The position numbers and the translations under genes were made by a program. Shown here one piece after another: positions 23,783 through 24,000 of a stretch of DNA of 24,000 nt. A model generated the notes under the pieces. It saw only the letters and a list, made by a program, of their open reading frames with translations, did no database searches and was not told the DNA's origin. Location of the stretch: assembly GCF_007474605.1 (NCBI RefSeq), contig NZ_VHKL01000003.1, positions 75,156-99,155 on the forward strand, read 5' to 3'. The DNA is from Rhodoligotrophos appendicifer. GTDB lineage: Bacteria > Pseudomonadota > Alphaproteobacteria > Rhizobiales > Im1. How positions within the stretch are numbered: the first letter of the stretch is position 1; the number at the start of each line of letters is the position of its first letter.

Positions 23783-24000
23783 TTATTGATGGCTGTAGAG
23801 CTTGAGACCTGCGACCGGCAGCTCTGCCCGCAGGATCGACCCCGTCTGCGATTCGATGATGTAGAGATGCTTGTTCTCCGGCCCGCCAAACGCAAGATTG
23901 GTGGTGTAGAGCCCGCCGGTGGGTGACAGAATCCGAAACAAGGGTTCGCCGAGCCGCCCGAAGACGCAGACCTGGCCGGCCCCCACATGGGCGACCGCGA
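23783..24000 (-). CDS. SMP-30/gluconolactonase/LRE-family protein, C-terminal fragment; the gene continues off the right edge
   Basis: The reading frame is open to the window edge. The C-terminal sequence ...LYTTNLAFGGPENKHLYIIES... matches the conserved last beta-propeller blade (NLAFGGPDxxxLYIT) of SMP-30 lactonases. Stop at 23783. Confidence 0.7.
   Translation of the reverse strand, partial: AVAHVGAGQVCVFGRLGEPLFRILSPTGGLYTTNLAFGGPENKHLYIIESQTGSILRAELPVAGLKLYSHQ

Noticed and set aside
1-24000. CRISPR arrays, rRNA genes, IS elements or transposases, phage genes, toxin-antitoxin or defence systems.
   Set aside because: No spaced direct repeats, terminal inverted repeats with a transposase ORF, or recognisable defence or phage protein motifs were seen on either strand.

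Overview
High-GC alphaproteobacterial (Rhizobiales-like) segment with about 26 protein genes and one tRNA. Almost every gene is on the minus strand, and I saw no mobile elements, CRISPR arrays or rRNA. All family calls rest on motifs read by eye; no database search was run.

Left end (1-3442): a partial MFS transporter, a DUF3008 mini-protein, and two small secreted proteins (a cysteine-rich repeat protein and an LprI/DUF1311 protein). These are followed by an HcnA/HcnB-like (opine-oxidase-like) 2Fe-2S plus FAD oxidoreductase pair and tRNA-Pro(GGG). A roughly 500-bp gap with no convincing gene comes next.

The rest (3951-24000) looks like one large catabolic supercluster, listed here in transcription order on the minus strand:
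- an SMP-30-type lactonase (partial) and an aldehyde dehydrogenase;
- a divergent IclR regulator on the plus strand;
- operon 1: an AMP-forming acyl-CoA ligase, a split ADP-forming acyl-CoA synthetase (alpha and beta) and a CMD-family protein;
- operon 2: a five-gene Liv-type ABC importer;
- operon 3: a NitT/TauT-type ABC importer, a luciferase-like monooxygenase, a flavin-reductase::MarR fusion, and the beta and alpha subunits of a methylcrotonyl/geranyl-CoA-type biotin carboxylase.

The most notable signal is a composite operator, ATTGTCAA-N12-ATTGTN-N4-NACAAT. It occurs three times with identical spacing and orientation, once in front of each operon. The third copy abuts the iclR start, which suggests a single undescribed regulon. 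Its substrate is unknown; a branched or terpenoid-like organic acid is only a hypothesis.
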